A stretch of 32,000 nt of DNA from Bacillus subtilis subsp. subtilis str. 168 (GCF_000009045.1 NC_000964.3:3330001-3362000), one strand, 5' to 3'. Positions 1 through 11,062 are shown, counted from the first letter of the stretch. The notes: a model not told the origin generated them from the sequence alone. A program made the numbers and translations.

Positions 1-357
1 GCTCTGCAATCGGGGCATTTGTCAAGAAGCACCGCATTTATCCAGGTGTATCACGCCAAAGATGTGCCTGAGCTTCTGCGCTTGCTCCCAGTTGAGGATT
101 TGAAGAAATTTTACAACTCCACGCTTCAGAGCCTCGCTGAAAAACAGCAGGAGGATCAAAGCCTGCTTCATACGCTTTCCGTCTATTTAGAGACACACTG
201 CCAAATTTCAGAGACGGCAAAGCGTCTGTACGTTCATCGCAATACGGTCATATACCGCCTTGAAAAATGCGAAGAGCTTCTGGGGAAAAGCTTAAAAGAT
301 CCTGAAACAACGATGCGTTTGCGGCTTGCATTACGTATGCAGCGGCTGATCAGCTAA
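1..357 (+). CDS. pucR: PucR purine catabolism regulator, C-terminal part (truncated by window start)
   Basis: Frame open from base 1; C-terminal HTH 'CQISETAKRLYVHRNTVIYRLEKCEELLG' typical of PucR/CdaR-type regulators; located directly upstream of pucJ. Confidence 0.93.
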   Translation, partial: ALQSGHLSRSTAFIQVYHAKDVPELLRLLPVEDLKKFYNSTLQSLAEKQQEDQSLLHTLSVYLETHCQISETAKRLYVHRNTVIYRLEKCEELLGKSLKDPETTMRLRLALRMQRLIS

Positions 358-361
358 AGTT

Positions 362-378
362 TGTTACATTTTCTTACA
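362..378. promoter_or_regulatory. TnrA/GlnR-type site
   Basis: TGTTACATTTTCTTACA matches TGTNANAWWWTMTNACA at every specified position. Confidence 0.75.
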
Positions 379-501
379 AAACGAATCGTTTTTCGTCACT
401 TTCAGCAATCACACCTGTCTTTTTCAGCTACTGTATCCAATGACACCCCTCGACCGGAACGATATTATGTTACTAAAGTTCACATACAGGGAGGGACTAT
501 A

Positions 502-1851
502 GTGAAAAAAAGATCGTTTAAGGTGTTTACACTTAGCCTGCAGCATGTGCTCGCCATGTATGCAGGTGCGATTTTGGTGCCCCTGCTTGTCGGCAGGGCG
601 CTGAATGTAACAACTGAACAGCTGTCCTACCTATTGGCGATTGACCTGTTAACATGCGGCGTCGCTACGCTTTTGCAAACCTTGCGCGGAACATACATCG
701 GCATCGGGCTTCCCGTCATGCTTGGCAGTTCATTTGTGGCCGTCACCCCAATGATTGCAATCGGCAGCAATTACGGCATTCACGCGATTTATGGTTCCAT
801 CATTGCGGCCGGTGTGTTCATCTTTTTGTTTGCGCGTTTTTTCGGCAAGCTGACTGTGTTATTTCCTCCTGTCGTAACAGGTACCGTTGTGACCTTGATC
901 GGCCTTTCACTTGTTCCGACAGGTGTGAAAAATATGGCTGGCGGCGAAAAAATAAACGGCAGCGCCAACCCCGAATACGGTTCGCTCGAAAACCTTCTTC
1001 TCTCTGTCGGTGTCCTTGTTCTGATCTTAGTCCTCAACCGCTTTCTCAAAGGATTTGCCCGAACACTGTCCGTTCTGATCGGCATCGCCGCCGGAACAGC
1101 GGCAGCAGCGATCATGGGCAAAGTCAGCTTTTCTTCTGTTACAGAAGCACCGTTCTTCCAAATCCCGAAGCCTTTTTACTTCGGAGCCCCTGCGTTTGAA
1201 ATCGGTCCGATCTTAACGATGCTGATCGTCGGAATCGTCATTATTGTGGAATCAACCGGCGTTTTTTACGCAATCGGAAAGATATGCGGCAGACCTTTAA
1301 CTGACAAAGATCTCGTCAAAGGCTATCGAGCGGAAGGAATCGCCATTCTCATCGGCGGGCTGTTCAATGCCTTTCCTTATAATACCTTTGCGCAAAACGC
1401 CGGCTTATTGCAGCTGACCAAAGTGAAAACAAGAAACATCGTCGTTACCGCAGGCTGTATCCTTGTCTGTCTCGGACTGATTCCGAAGATTGCCGCCCTT
1501 GCATCTGCCGTTCCTGCTGCTGTACTTGGCGGCGCGACCGTCGTCATGTTCGGCATGGTGATTGCCTCCGGCGTCAAAATGCTCAGCACAGCGGATCTCA
1601 AAAATCAATACCACCTCCTGACCATCGCATGCTCAATCGCACTCGGCATCGGCGCCAGCACGGCCCCCGGGATTTTTGCTGAATTCCCCGCTCCGATCCG
1701 GATTCTGGTCAGTGACGGCACCATCACCGGAAGCCTAACCGCCATCTTTTTGAATCTATTTTTCAGCTTGCGCGACAAAAAAGAATTAACAGCACAGCAA
1801 ACAGAACTTCCGGTATTAGAACATACACTCGCATTAGAAAAAGAGGTGTAA
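502..1851 (+). CDS. pucJ: Uric acid/xanthine permease (nucleobase:cation symporter-2 family)
   Basis: 449 aa from GTG at 502 preceded by AGGGAGG; 'LQHVLAMYAGAILVPLLVG' and multiple TM segments; paralogue of the next ORF. Confidence 0.95.
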   Translation: MKKRSFKVFTLSLQHVLAMYAGAILVPLLVGRALNVTTEQLSYLLAIDLLTCGVATLLQTLRGTYIGIGLPVMLGSSFVAVTPMIAIGSNYGIHAIYGSIIAAGVFIFLFARFFGKLTVLFPPVVTGTVVTLIGLSLVPTGVKNMAGGEKINGSANPEYGSLENLLLSVGVLVLILVLNRFLKGFARTLSVLIGIAAGTAAAAIMGKVSFSSVTEAPFFQIPKPFYFGAPAFEIGPILTMLIVGIVIIVESTGVFYAIGKICGRPLTDKDLVKGYRAEGIAILIGGLFNAFPYNTFAQNAGLLQLTKVKTRNIVVTAGCILVCLGLIPKIAALASAVPAAVLGGATVVMFGMVIASGVKMLSTADLKNQYHLLTIACSIALGIGASTAPGIFAEFPAPIRILVSDGTITGSLTAIFLNLFFSLRDKKELTAQQTELPVLEHTLALEKEV

Positions 1852-1856
1852 AAAAG

Positions 1857-3149
1857 ATGAAGGAACAGCACAATGCCTTACAGCTAATGATGCTGGGGCT
1901 TCAGCACATGCTTGCCATGTATGCGGGAGCCATTCTCGTTCCGTTGATCGTCGGAGCAGCGATCGGGCTGAATGCGGGGCAGCTGACGTATTTAATCGCG
2001 ATTGATTTGTTTATGTGCGGGGCGGCAACTCTTTTGCAGCTCTGGAGAAACCGATATTTCGGCATCGGCCTTCCCGTTGTGCTCGGATGCACGTTTACCG
2101 CAGTCGGCCCGATGATTTCCATCGGAAGCACTTACGGTGTCCCAGCGATATATGGTGCCATTATCGCCGCAGGACTGATTGTCGTCTTAGCCGCGGGCTT
2201 CTTCGGGAAGCTTGTCCGTTTTTTTCCGCCTGTCGTAACCGGATCAGTCGTCATGATCATCGGCATCAGCCTGATTCCAACGGCAATGAATAACCTGGCC
2301 GGAGGTGAAGGAAGCAAAGAATTCGGCTCACTCGACAACGTGCTCCTCGGGTTTGGCGTCACAGCTTTTATCTTATTGCTGTTTTATTTCTTTAAAGGCT
2401 TTATCCGCTCCATAGCGATTTTACTCGGTCTTATCGCAGGAACAGCGGCTGCATATTTCATGGGAAAGGTCGATTTTTCTGAGGTTTTGGAGGCGTCTTG
2501 GCTTCATGTTCCGTCTCTGTTTTATTTCGGACCGCCAACCTTTGAGCTGCCGGCTGTTGTCACGATGCTTCTCGTTGCAATTGTCAGCCTCGTTGAATCG
2601 ACAGGCGTTTATTTTGCCCTCGCTGATATCACAAACCGCAGGCTGTCGGAGAAGGATCTGGAAAAAGGCTACCGGGCAGAAGGCCTTGCGATTTTGCTGG
2701 GCGGCTTATTTAACGCGTTTCCCTATACAGCTTTCTCGCAGAATGTCGGCATCGTTCAGCTCTCAAAGATGAAAAGTGTCAACGTCATCGCCATCACAGG
2801 AATCATACTGGTCGCGATCGGGCTGGTTCCAAAAGCAGCGGCCCTGACAACAGTGATCCCCACCCCAGTTCTCGGCGGCGCAATGATCGTCATGTTCGGC
2901 ATGGTCATTTCTTACGGGATCAAAATGCTATCCAGCGTTGACCTTGATTCGCAAGGCAACCTGCTGATTATCGCCTCTTCCGTCAGCTTGGGGCTTGGCG
3001 CTACAACAGTTCCCGCGTTGTTTTCATCTCTTTCGGGCGCGGCCTCTGTCTTGGCAGGAAGCGGAATTGTGATCGGCAGTTTGACGGCCATTGCACTGCA
3101 CGCTTTTTTTCAAACCAAACAGCCGAATAGCGCAGACATAAAAACGTAA
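1857..3149 (+). CDS. pucK: Uric acid permease (nucleobase:cation symporter-2 family)
   Basis: 430 aa; 'LGLQHMLAMYAGAILVPLIVGAAIG'; starts 6 nt after pucJ stop. Confidence 0.95.
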   Translation: MKEQHNALQLMMLGLQHMLAMYAGAILVPLIVGAAIGLNAGQLTYLIAIDLFMCGAATLLQLWRNRYFGIGLPVVLGCTFTAVGPMISIGSTYGVPAIYGAIIAAGLIVVLAAGFFGKLVRFFPPVVTGSVVMIIGISLIPTAMNNLAGGEGSKEFGSLDNVLLGFGVTAFILLLFYFFKGFIRSIAILLGLIAGTAAAYFMGKVDFSEVLEASWLHVPSLFYFGPPTFELPAVVTMLLVAIVSLVESTGVYFALADITNRRLSEKDLEKGYRAEGLAILLGGLFNAFPYTAFSQNVGIVQLSKMKSVNVIAITGIILVAIGLVPKAAALTTVIPTPVLGGAMIVMFGMVISYGIKMLSSVDLDSQGNLLIIASSVSLGLGATTVPALFSSLSGAASVLAGSGIVIGSLTAIALHAFFQTKQPNSADIKT

Positions 3150-3161
3150 AGGAAGATGCCA

Positions 3162-4990
<1,829 letters not shown>

Positions 4991-4994
4991 GAAG

Positions 4995-5024
4995 GAAGCC
5001 CGCCTCACCGGCGGGCTTCTTTTT
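4995..5024 (+). terminator. Rho-independent terminator of pucJKLM
   Basis: GAAGCCCGCC-TCACC-GGCGGGCTTC (10-bp perfect stem) followed by TTTTT. Confidence 0.93.
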
Positions 5025-5413
5025 GCACTTCAATTAACTTTTGATCCTAGGACAGTACTTGAAGTGATCCCCACACTTAGTGAAACAACAGCTAGAATAA
5101 ACATTCACCTATATTTTTCAGGATAATTGCCTACGAGAAAAATACCCTGTAGTCCTTTCATTTATAAATCGAGGTTTCAAACTAATAAGTCAGCTCTTAG
5201 CAGCCGAGCTCCCTTCTCCAATCCTATAAACAGACCGCGTTTTTTCTCGAAAAAATACTCTGAAGACAATTGCTGCGTTTTTAATAGTTTTGATAACGCG
5301 TTCTCTCTTACACCTTTAGACAAAATATTCATTTTTTCTTTTTTAGACTTAAATCTATGTCGAAAATAATCGTTGGCATATCTTATCCTATCTCCACTAA
5401 AGGAGGTGACATT

Positions 5414-5545
5414 ATGGGATTCTACAATTCTGGTGGATACAGTGGAAACTCTGGTTACTCAAACGGTTTCGGGAGCTCCTTCGCTTTGATCGTGGTGCTA
5501 TTCATTTTGTTGATCATTGTTGGAGCAGCTATCTTTAATTATTAA
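5414..5545 (+). CDS. YjcZ-family small sporulation peptide (43 aa)
   Basis: MGFYNSGGYSGNSGYSNGFGSSFALIVVLFILLIIVGAAIFNY; strong SD AGGAGGTGA at 5401-5409; Gly/Tyr/Ser-rich head plus single C-terminal TM. The track start at 5357 lacks an SD. Confidence 0.85.
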   Translation: MGFYNSGGYSGNSGYSNGFGSSFALIVVLFILLIIVGAAIFNY

Positions 5546-5592
5546 GTTTAACTTTCCTTGCCTCCGCCGTATCCAACACCTCCCTGTCCGAC

Positions 5593-5621
5593 AGACGCCA
5601 TAAGAAGTTTTTATGGCGTCT
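5593..5621 (+). terminator. Hairpin downstream of the small peptide gene, likely terminator
   Basis: AGACGCCATAA-GAAGTTT-TTATGGCGTCT, 11-bp perfect stem; short T tail. Confidence 0.6.
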
Positions 5622-5740
5622 TTGCTATGTGTTCACTAATCTTTTTGTAATCCAGAAGCTGTCAAGTTCTACGAGATTTATCGTGTGTTTTCCCACAACG
5701 CTTCTGCGTCTTGATCGCGCTGTCTGACTGAGGCTAAAAA

Positions 5741-5764
5741 AGTCCGGCTTTTAAAAGCCGGACT
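5741..5764 (-). terminator. Terminator of pucABCDE overlapping the pucE stop codon
   Basis: AGTCCGGCTTTTAAAAGCCGGACT perfect 24-nt palindrome, followed on the minus strand by TTTTTT. Confidence 0.85.
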
Positions 5765-6272
5765 CCCGTCTACCCCCGTTCAACTCTCTTCTAATCCTGC
5801 AAGCTGACCGCATAATCCCGCCATACCCGGTACACCGGCACAAATTCCCCGCCAGCCCTTCTTCTATATCTTTGTCAGAAGGTTGAGGGGTTTCCCGAAA
5901 CAATGCTTTAAGCGCAATGATCATTCCCGGCGTACAGTAGCCGCATTGGAAGCCGCCTTCTTCCAGGAAAGCGGTTTGACACATATCCAGCTCTTCTTTT
6001 TGAAGCCCCTCGATGGTTGTGATGGAATGGCCGTCTGCTTGATAGGCCATCGTCATGCACGCATTGGCCAGTTTTCCGTCGATTAAAATAGAGCAGGCTC
6101 CGCAGCGGCCGATTCCGCAGGACACCTTTGTCCCGGTCAGCTGAAATTCCTTTCTAAGCAGGTCACTCAGATGTGTCGTAGGAACGGCAGCAACCTCCCA
6201 CGCCTGACCATTCACGGTCATCCGGAACTGTTCCTTTTTTACAGGAAATGGCCCGGCCTCTTTTATGTCCAT
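5751..6272 (-). CDS. pucE: Xanthine dehydrogenase, 2Fe-2S subunit
   Basis: 'GTKVSCGIGRCGACSILIDGKLANAC' and 'CGYCTPGMI...GNLCRCTGY' cysteine motifs; 173 aa. Confidence 0.95.
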   Translation of the reverse strand: MDIKEAGPFPVKKEQFRMTVNGQAWEVAAVPTTHLSDLLRKEFQLTGTKVSCGIGRCGACSILIDGKLANACMTMAYQADGHSITTIEGLQKEELDMCQTAFLEEGGFQCGYCTPGMIIALKALFRETPQPSDKDIEEGLAGNLCRCTGYGGIMRSACRIRRELNGGRRESGF

Positions 6273-8500
6273 TGCTTCAGCCCCTTTCTGTCGATCGCTT
6301 CAAGCAACTCTTCTCTTGAAATTGGCAGCTTGTTTATCCAGCATCCGACCGCATCATGTACTGCCTTTACAATCGCCGGAGTGATGGCGATTGTTCCGAT
6401 TTCACCAACACCGCGCGGTCCATATACGTCTCCCTTCATTAAGTCTTCTATTGCAATCAGCTTCATGTCAGGAACATCTTTGATTCCGGGAATCAAATAG
6501 TGATCGAGATTTTCCGCAGCATAACGGCCATCCGTCATTTTCGCTTCCTCCATCAGTGTGTAGCCGAGTGCCATGGCAGCGCCGCCTTCAATTTGACCTC
6601 GATATCCCTGCGGACTGACAACCGGACCTGCCGCAATAGCGTGCTCACAATCTATCAATTTGACATCGCCTGTTAACAGATCTACCTCCACCTCAACGGC
6701 AGCCGCTCCAAATGAGTAGAGGAAATGGCCGCCCACCACAGGATCAGGCGTTGTTGGAAAGTCAAAGGCCGTTTCCTCTGCCAAAGGGCCTTTTTCAGCC
6801 AGCTCCTTATACGTCACCACGAGCGCCTTTGTGTTTTTGTCACGCAAGCCTGCAGCGCCGGGAATAAGATTTTCCGCTGAACAGCCGCTCCATTCTGCCG
6901 CCCGTTTTTTCAACTGAGCTAGAAACGGCTTCTTCAAACGCTGGATCGCGTGCCACACCATGCTTGTGCCGCGGGATGCTGTGGAGGAGCCTGACTTCGG
7001 CACTTTTGCGGTATCCCCAATAACAATGGAAATATCCTCTGCGGCACAACCCAGCTCCTCCATGACAATCTGTTCAATCGCTGCTAGAATCCCCTGTCCG
7101 CATTCTTCAAATCCAAACGAAGCAGTGATTTTGCCTTCACTCGAAAGAGACAAACGGCCTCCTGCCGCATCCATTCGGCCAAACCCCAGCCCGCCGCCGT
7201 GCATTGTAATTGCCGCTCCCGTGCCTCTTTGCAGATACCCGCAGTTCCGGCTTGTTTTTTTAAGAATGGGAGATTTAGATATGGCATTCAACACCTGTGC
7301 CGCTCCGTCAGTTGGTGCAATTCGATGCTCAAGCGGCCCCAAGTCATGCGGTTTTCTGATATTTTTTCTTCTCAGCTCGAGCGGGTCGATGCCAAGCATG
7401 CCGCTGAGACGATCGAGATGGGTTTCGAGTGCAAATGTGATTTGGTTGCCGCCAAAGCCCCGAAATTCCCCCGCCACCCCGTTGTTCGTAAATACTGATA
7501 TTCCTTCAGTCCGGATATTCGGAATACGGTACGGCCCCGCGGCATGCTCGACAGAAAAATCAAGAACAGCCGGTCCGAGCGTAGCGTAAGCGCCTGTGTC
7601 CGCCACAATTTTCACGTCGTGCGCCAATAGATTTCCCGAATGATCTGCACCCGTTTTTATCGTAATCTTCATCGGATGGCGCTTAATGCCAGAACGTACA
7701 GATTCCTTTCGTGTCTGATGAATTTTGACAGGGCGTCCGCTTTTCAGGGCCAAAAGCGCAGCATACGGCTGAATATTCAGCTCATCCTTCCCTCCGAACG
7801 AGCCGCCCATCGGACTTGACACAATTCTGATCTTCTCTTCAGGAATATCAAAAATACGGGCAAGCTGGAAACGGTCTTTATAGCCGTGCTGGGTTCCTGC
7901 ATACATCGTAAAACCCCCGTCGTCTTCCGGAACGGCTACACCTCCCTCCGTTTCCATATACGTATGCATCTGCCGCGGCAGCTCATAGGTTTCTTCAAAG
8001 ACTGTGTCAGATGCTTGAAACCCTTCTTCCACATCACCGTTTGAAAAAAATGCGCGGTGCAGGATATTCCCGTCCTCATGCAGTCTTTGCGCATTCGGCC
8101 GAAGCGCTTTTTCTGGTGAATCCATGACTTCCAGCTCTTTATACTCAACTTGAATCAGCTCCAGCGCCGCTTCCGCGATTTCTTCCGTTTCCGCAGCAAC
8201 TGCGGCGATCGCATCCCCGACATACCGCACCCTGTCCTCACATAAAACCGGCTGATCAGGGATGACAATGCCAAATCGGTTTAAGCCGGGAACGTCTTTA
8301 TGTGTGACGACGGCCTGCACGCCTTCCATTTTCTCAGCTTTTATGGTGCAAACCGACACAATCTCTGCATGAGGATAAGCACTTCTCAGCACCTTGCCAT
8401 ACAGCATTCCTGGAAAGCTGAGATCGGTCATATATTTCAATTCCCCTGTGACCTTACCCCTTCCATCCGGCCTGACTCTTGACGGTTTGTTGATGATCAT
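6263..8500 (-). CDS. pucD: Xanthine dehydrogenase, molybdopterin-binding subunit
   Basis: 745 aa; aldehyde oxidase/xanthine dehydrogenase a/b hammerhead and Mo-binding motifs ('PMGGSFGGKDE', 'GEFRGFGGNQ', 'YGPRGVGEIG'). Confidence 0.95.
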   Translation of the reverse strand: MIINKPSRVRPDGRGKVTGELKYMTDLSFPGMLYGKVLRSAYPHAEIVSVCTIKAEKMEGVQAVVTHKDVPGLNRFGIVIPDQPVLCEDRVRYVGDAIAAVAAETEEIAEAALELIQVEYKELEVMDSPEKALRPNAQRLHEDGNILHRAFFSNGDVEEGFQASDTVFEETYELPRQMHTYMETEGGVAVPEDDGGFTMYAGTQHGYKDRFQLARIFDIPEEKIRIVSSPMGGSFGGKDELNIQPYAALLALKSGRPVKIHQTRKESVRSGIKRHPMKITIKTGADHSGNLLAHDVKIVADTGAYATLGPAVLDFSVEHAAGPYRIPNIRTEGISVFTNNGVAGEFRGFGGNQITFALETHLDRLSGMLGIDPLELRRKNIRKPHDLGPLEHRIAPTDGAAQVLNAISKSPILKKTSRNCGYLQRGTGAAITMHGGGLGFGRMDAAGGRLSLSSEGKITASFGFEECGQGILAAIEQIVMEELGCAAEDISIVIGDTAKVPKSGSSTASRGTSMVWHAIQRLKKPFLAQLKKRAAEWSGCSAENLIPGAAGLRDKNTKALVVTYKELAEKGPLAEETAFDFPTTPDPVVGGHFLYSFGAAAVEVEVDLLTGDVKLIDCEHAIAAGPVVSPQGYRGQIEGGAAMALGYTLMEEAKMTDGRYAAENLDHYLIPGIKDVPDMKLIAIEDLMKGDVYGPRGVGEIGTIAITPAIVKAVHDAVGCWINKLPISREELLEAIDRKGLKQWT

Positions 8501-9334
8501 TTATTCCCCTCCCTCAGCCATCAGCTCTGCCATGATGACGTTGGCAGCGGCTTTTTTTCTGTATGCCGCTGACATAAAAACATCTGAGGAAAACGGCAGC
8601 TCATGGATAAGTGTTTTGTACAGCTCATGCGGGTCCCACCCTGGTGCCATCCATTTCGCTTCGCTGTCCAATAATCTCCTAGGAGTGATATCGGCATGGC
8701 CAGCGGCGAGGCGAATGCTGCCGTCTTTCAAAAAACGTCCAGCTGCAACAGCAGCCGCTCCGGTAAAAGCCTGGCGCCTTCCAAGCTTGTGATAAAATAC
8801 ACGCTCTCCCTCCGCCCGCGGGATGATGACACGCGTGACGATAGCCGTTCTAAAGTCTTCCTCACTGAGCCAAGCGCCAAGCGGCAGCCTGATTAGCTCC
8901 TTTTGATATACGATAAGCTCAGCACCAAGCACAAGCAGAAGCGGAATGAAATCACCGATTTTACTCGCTATGTTGCCGCCAATCGTGGCACGGCTGCGAA
9001 TCCCCGGTGCAGCGACAGCGGAAGCAGCGTCACTGAAACAGCTAAGCGCTCTCTTAATCAAAGGGTTCTTTCTGCATTCATTCAGTGATGTGAGCCCCCC
9101 GATCGACACGTGGGTGTCACTGGTGCTGATCCCTCGCATTTCGTCAATCCCTTCAAGGCTGACAAGGTGCTGTTTCGGTAGAGTTCCTTTGTCCCACTGA
9201 AGCTGAAGGAGCGTGCTTCCCGATGCGGCACACACATCCGGAGCAAGCTTCTCTAAAAGCGAATAGGCCTCATCAAGCGCTGCCGGTCTCCATAATTGAA
9301 TATTCATCCTTGCTTTTGTCACTTGGCCGTTCAA
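8501..9334 (-). CDS. pucC: Xanthine dehydrogenase, FAD-binding subunit
   Basis: 277 aa; CoxM-like FAD-binding motif '[10 protein letters not shown]'; operon position. Confidence 0.93.
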
Positions 9335-9948
9335 GACATCGCCCTCCTTACCATGTCATATTCCTCGGGTGTATCAATATCGTCCAACTCACCGCTATCC
9401 TTTGCCTCCAAAACCGCTCCTGCTCCAAGCTGTCCGCTTTTCAGGAGCCTGCGAGCCCCTTCATCTCCCTTTAATCCCTTTACATAAGGAAAACATGTCG
9501 ACGAGAAGTAGATTGGCGGGGTGAACGCCCCTAAAAACGATGACACGGCAAATGACTCAGGAGCCAGAGCCACAAGGGCATTGAGATGATCGACGGAAAG
9601 CTGAGGCTGGTCGGCTAACAAAATGACAATGCCGTCCGCCCCCATGCTTTCTGCTTTTCTCACCCCGCTGCTGACTGAATGCCCCTGACCCTTTTCTGCG
9701 TCTTGGCAAACGTGCAGGCTCCAGCGTTTTTGAAAAGGCGGAGCGTGATACGGCGCTCCTATCCACTCAAGGGAGGCATGTTCTGTCCGCTCGACGACCA
9801 GCACGTGATCAAGGCGGGACGACAGAGCAGTTTTCAAGGAAAGTGAGCCTATGTTTTCTCCTTTTAGCGGCAAAGCCAGCTTGTTTTGTCCCATTCTTCT
9901 GCTTTTGCCGGCAGCGAGAAACACGCCGATCAGATAGGGGCTTCTCAT
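9331..9948 (-). CDS. pucB: MobA/MocA-like molybdenum cofactor nucleotidyltransferase, xanthine dehydrogenase accessory
   Basis: '[21 protein letters not shown]' nucleotidyltransferase signature; ATGA-type overlap with pucC. Confidence 0.93.
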
Positions 9949-10937
9949 ACAACCGCCACCCGTTTTCTTGTTTGAATGATTTCTGCAACTACACTTACCG
10001 CAATTTCCTCGGGACCTTCCGCACCGATTTTCAGCCCGACCGGACTGTAAAAGTGAGACGGAGGATGTTTTCCGCTCAGCAGCCGTTTCGTGCGGTTTGC
10101 CGAACCCAACAGTCCAATATAATGGAGGTTTTGAGAAAATAAGAAGTTGATGATCGTTTGATCGTGCTGATAATGATGGGTTGCCACAACAGCTGCATCA
10201 TGCGGAAAAAATTGAAATTCGCTAAGCATTTGTTCCGGAAAAGCGGTGATCAGCTGATCCGCTTTTGGAAAAAGAGAGGATGTACAATAAGCGGGCCGCC
10301 AATCCGTCACGATAACAGAAAACCCTGTGTCAGCCGCCAAATTGGCCAGCGGTACATTATCCGGTCCCGCCCCAAACAGAATGAGACGCGGCTTCGGTTC
10401 AATTCGCTGAATAAACATGTTAGTGGTTTGATCGAAATGCGGTAAATGAAGCGTTGAAACAGTACGTTGAATATCTTGCAGAGGCGCGTCCGGCCAGTTC
10501 CCAAAATGTCCGTTCTCCGTCAGAAATAAATAATGGGAGGATTCAATCTTTATAACGGAAGTGACAGCTTTGCCTGAATGAAGGCAGTCCCTCACTTTCT
10601 CATAGTGCCGCCTTTTTTCCTGAGTGATTCGCTCTGCATGAACATGAATAATGCCATTGCACCCGGCTCCCATGCCCCAAGAAAGATCGTCCTCCGACCG
10701 CATGTCGTAGGGAATCAGCGTTGATGTGAGCTGATCGCCCAGCGCACTGATTCTTTGGAATACATCTTCTTCCACACACCCGCCGCTCAGCAAGCCAATC
10801 CGTCTGCCTTTTTTCTTAAAGAGCATAGAGGCGCCTGCTTTTCGATACGCGGAGCCTTCAACTTGAACAATTGTCGCCAGTACAGCCTCCTCCTGGTCTT
10901 CCAGGAGCGCATCTAACATCGTGTGAAAATTCCCCAA
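9945..10937 (-). CDS. pucA: XdhC-family xanthine dehydrogenase maturation factor
   Basis: 330 aa; 'LLSGGCVEEDVFQRI', 'LILFGAGPDNVPLANLA'; TTG start at 10937 preceded by GAGGAGG; overlaps pucB by 4 nt. Confidence 0.93.
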   Translation of the reverse strand: MGNFHTMLDALLEDQEEAVLATIVQVEGSAYRKAGASMLFKKKGRRIGLLSGGCVEEDVFQRISALGDQLTSTLIPYDMRSEDDLSWGMGAGCNGIIHVHAERITQEKRRHYEKVRDCLHSGKAVTSVIKIESSHYLFLTENGHFGNWPDAPLQDIQRTVSTLHLPHFDQTTNMFIQRIEPKPRLILFGAGPDNVPLANLAADTGFSVIVTDWRPAYCTSSLFPKADQLITAFPEQMLSEFQFFPHDAAVVATHHYQHDQTIINFLFSQNLHYIGLLGSANRTKRLLSGKHPPSHFYSPVGLKIGAEGPEEIAVSVVAEIIQTRKRVAVV

Positions 10938-11045
10938 TGCCGCATCCTCCTCTCGAAAATTGCCGTGAGAAACAACTAGTTCAGCGTGATTTTATAGGTA
11001 ACTTGTATAAAGAATAGACGATGGAAGAAAAAATGACTCATGATT

Positions 11046-11062
11046 TGTCAGAAAATGAAACA
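11046..11062. promoter_or_regulatory. Possible TnrA-type site upstream of pucA
   Basis: TGTCAGAAAATGAAACA, two mismatches to TGTNANAWWWTMTNACA. Confidence 0.4.

Noticed and set aside
654-1199. 181-aa plus-strand ORF in another frame of pucJ
   Set aside because: Arg/His/Cys-rich out-of-frame shadow of a conserved permease gene.
5127-5369. 80-aa plus-strand ORF between pucM and the YjcZ-type gene
   Set aside because: No SD, Ser/Phe-rich low-information composition, no recognisable family.
6960-7589. 209-aa plus-strand ORF opposite pucD
   Set aside because: Antisense to a well-supported conserved gene, low-complexity Pro/Ser/Ala composition typical of shadow ORFs.
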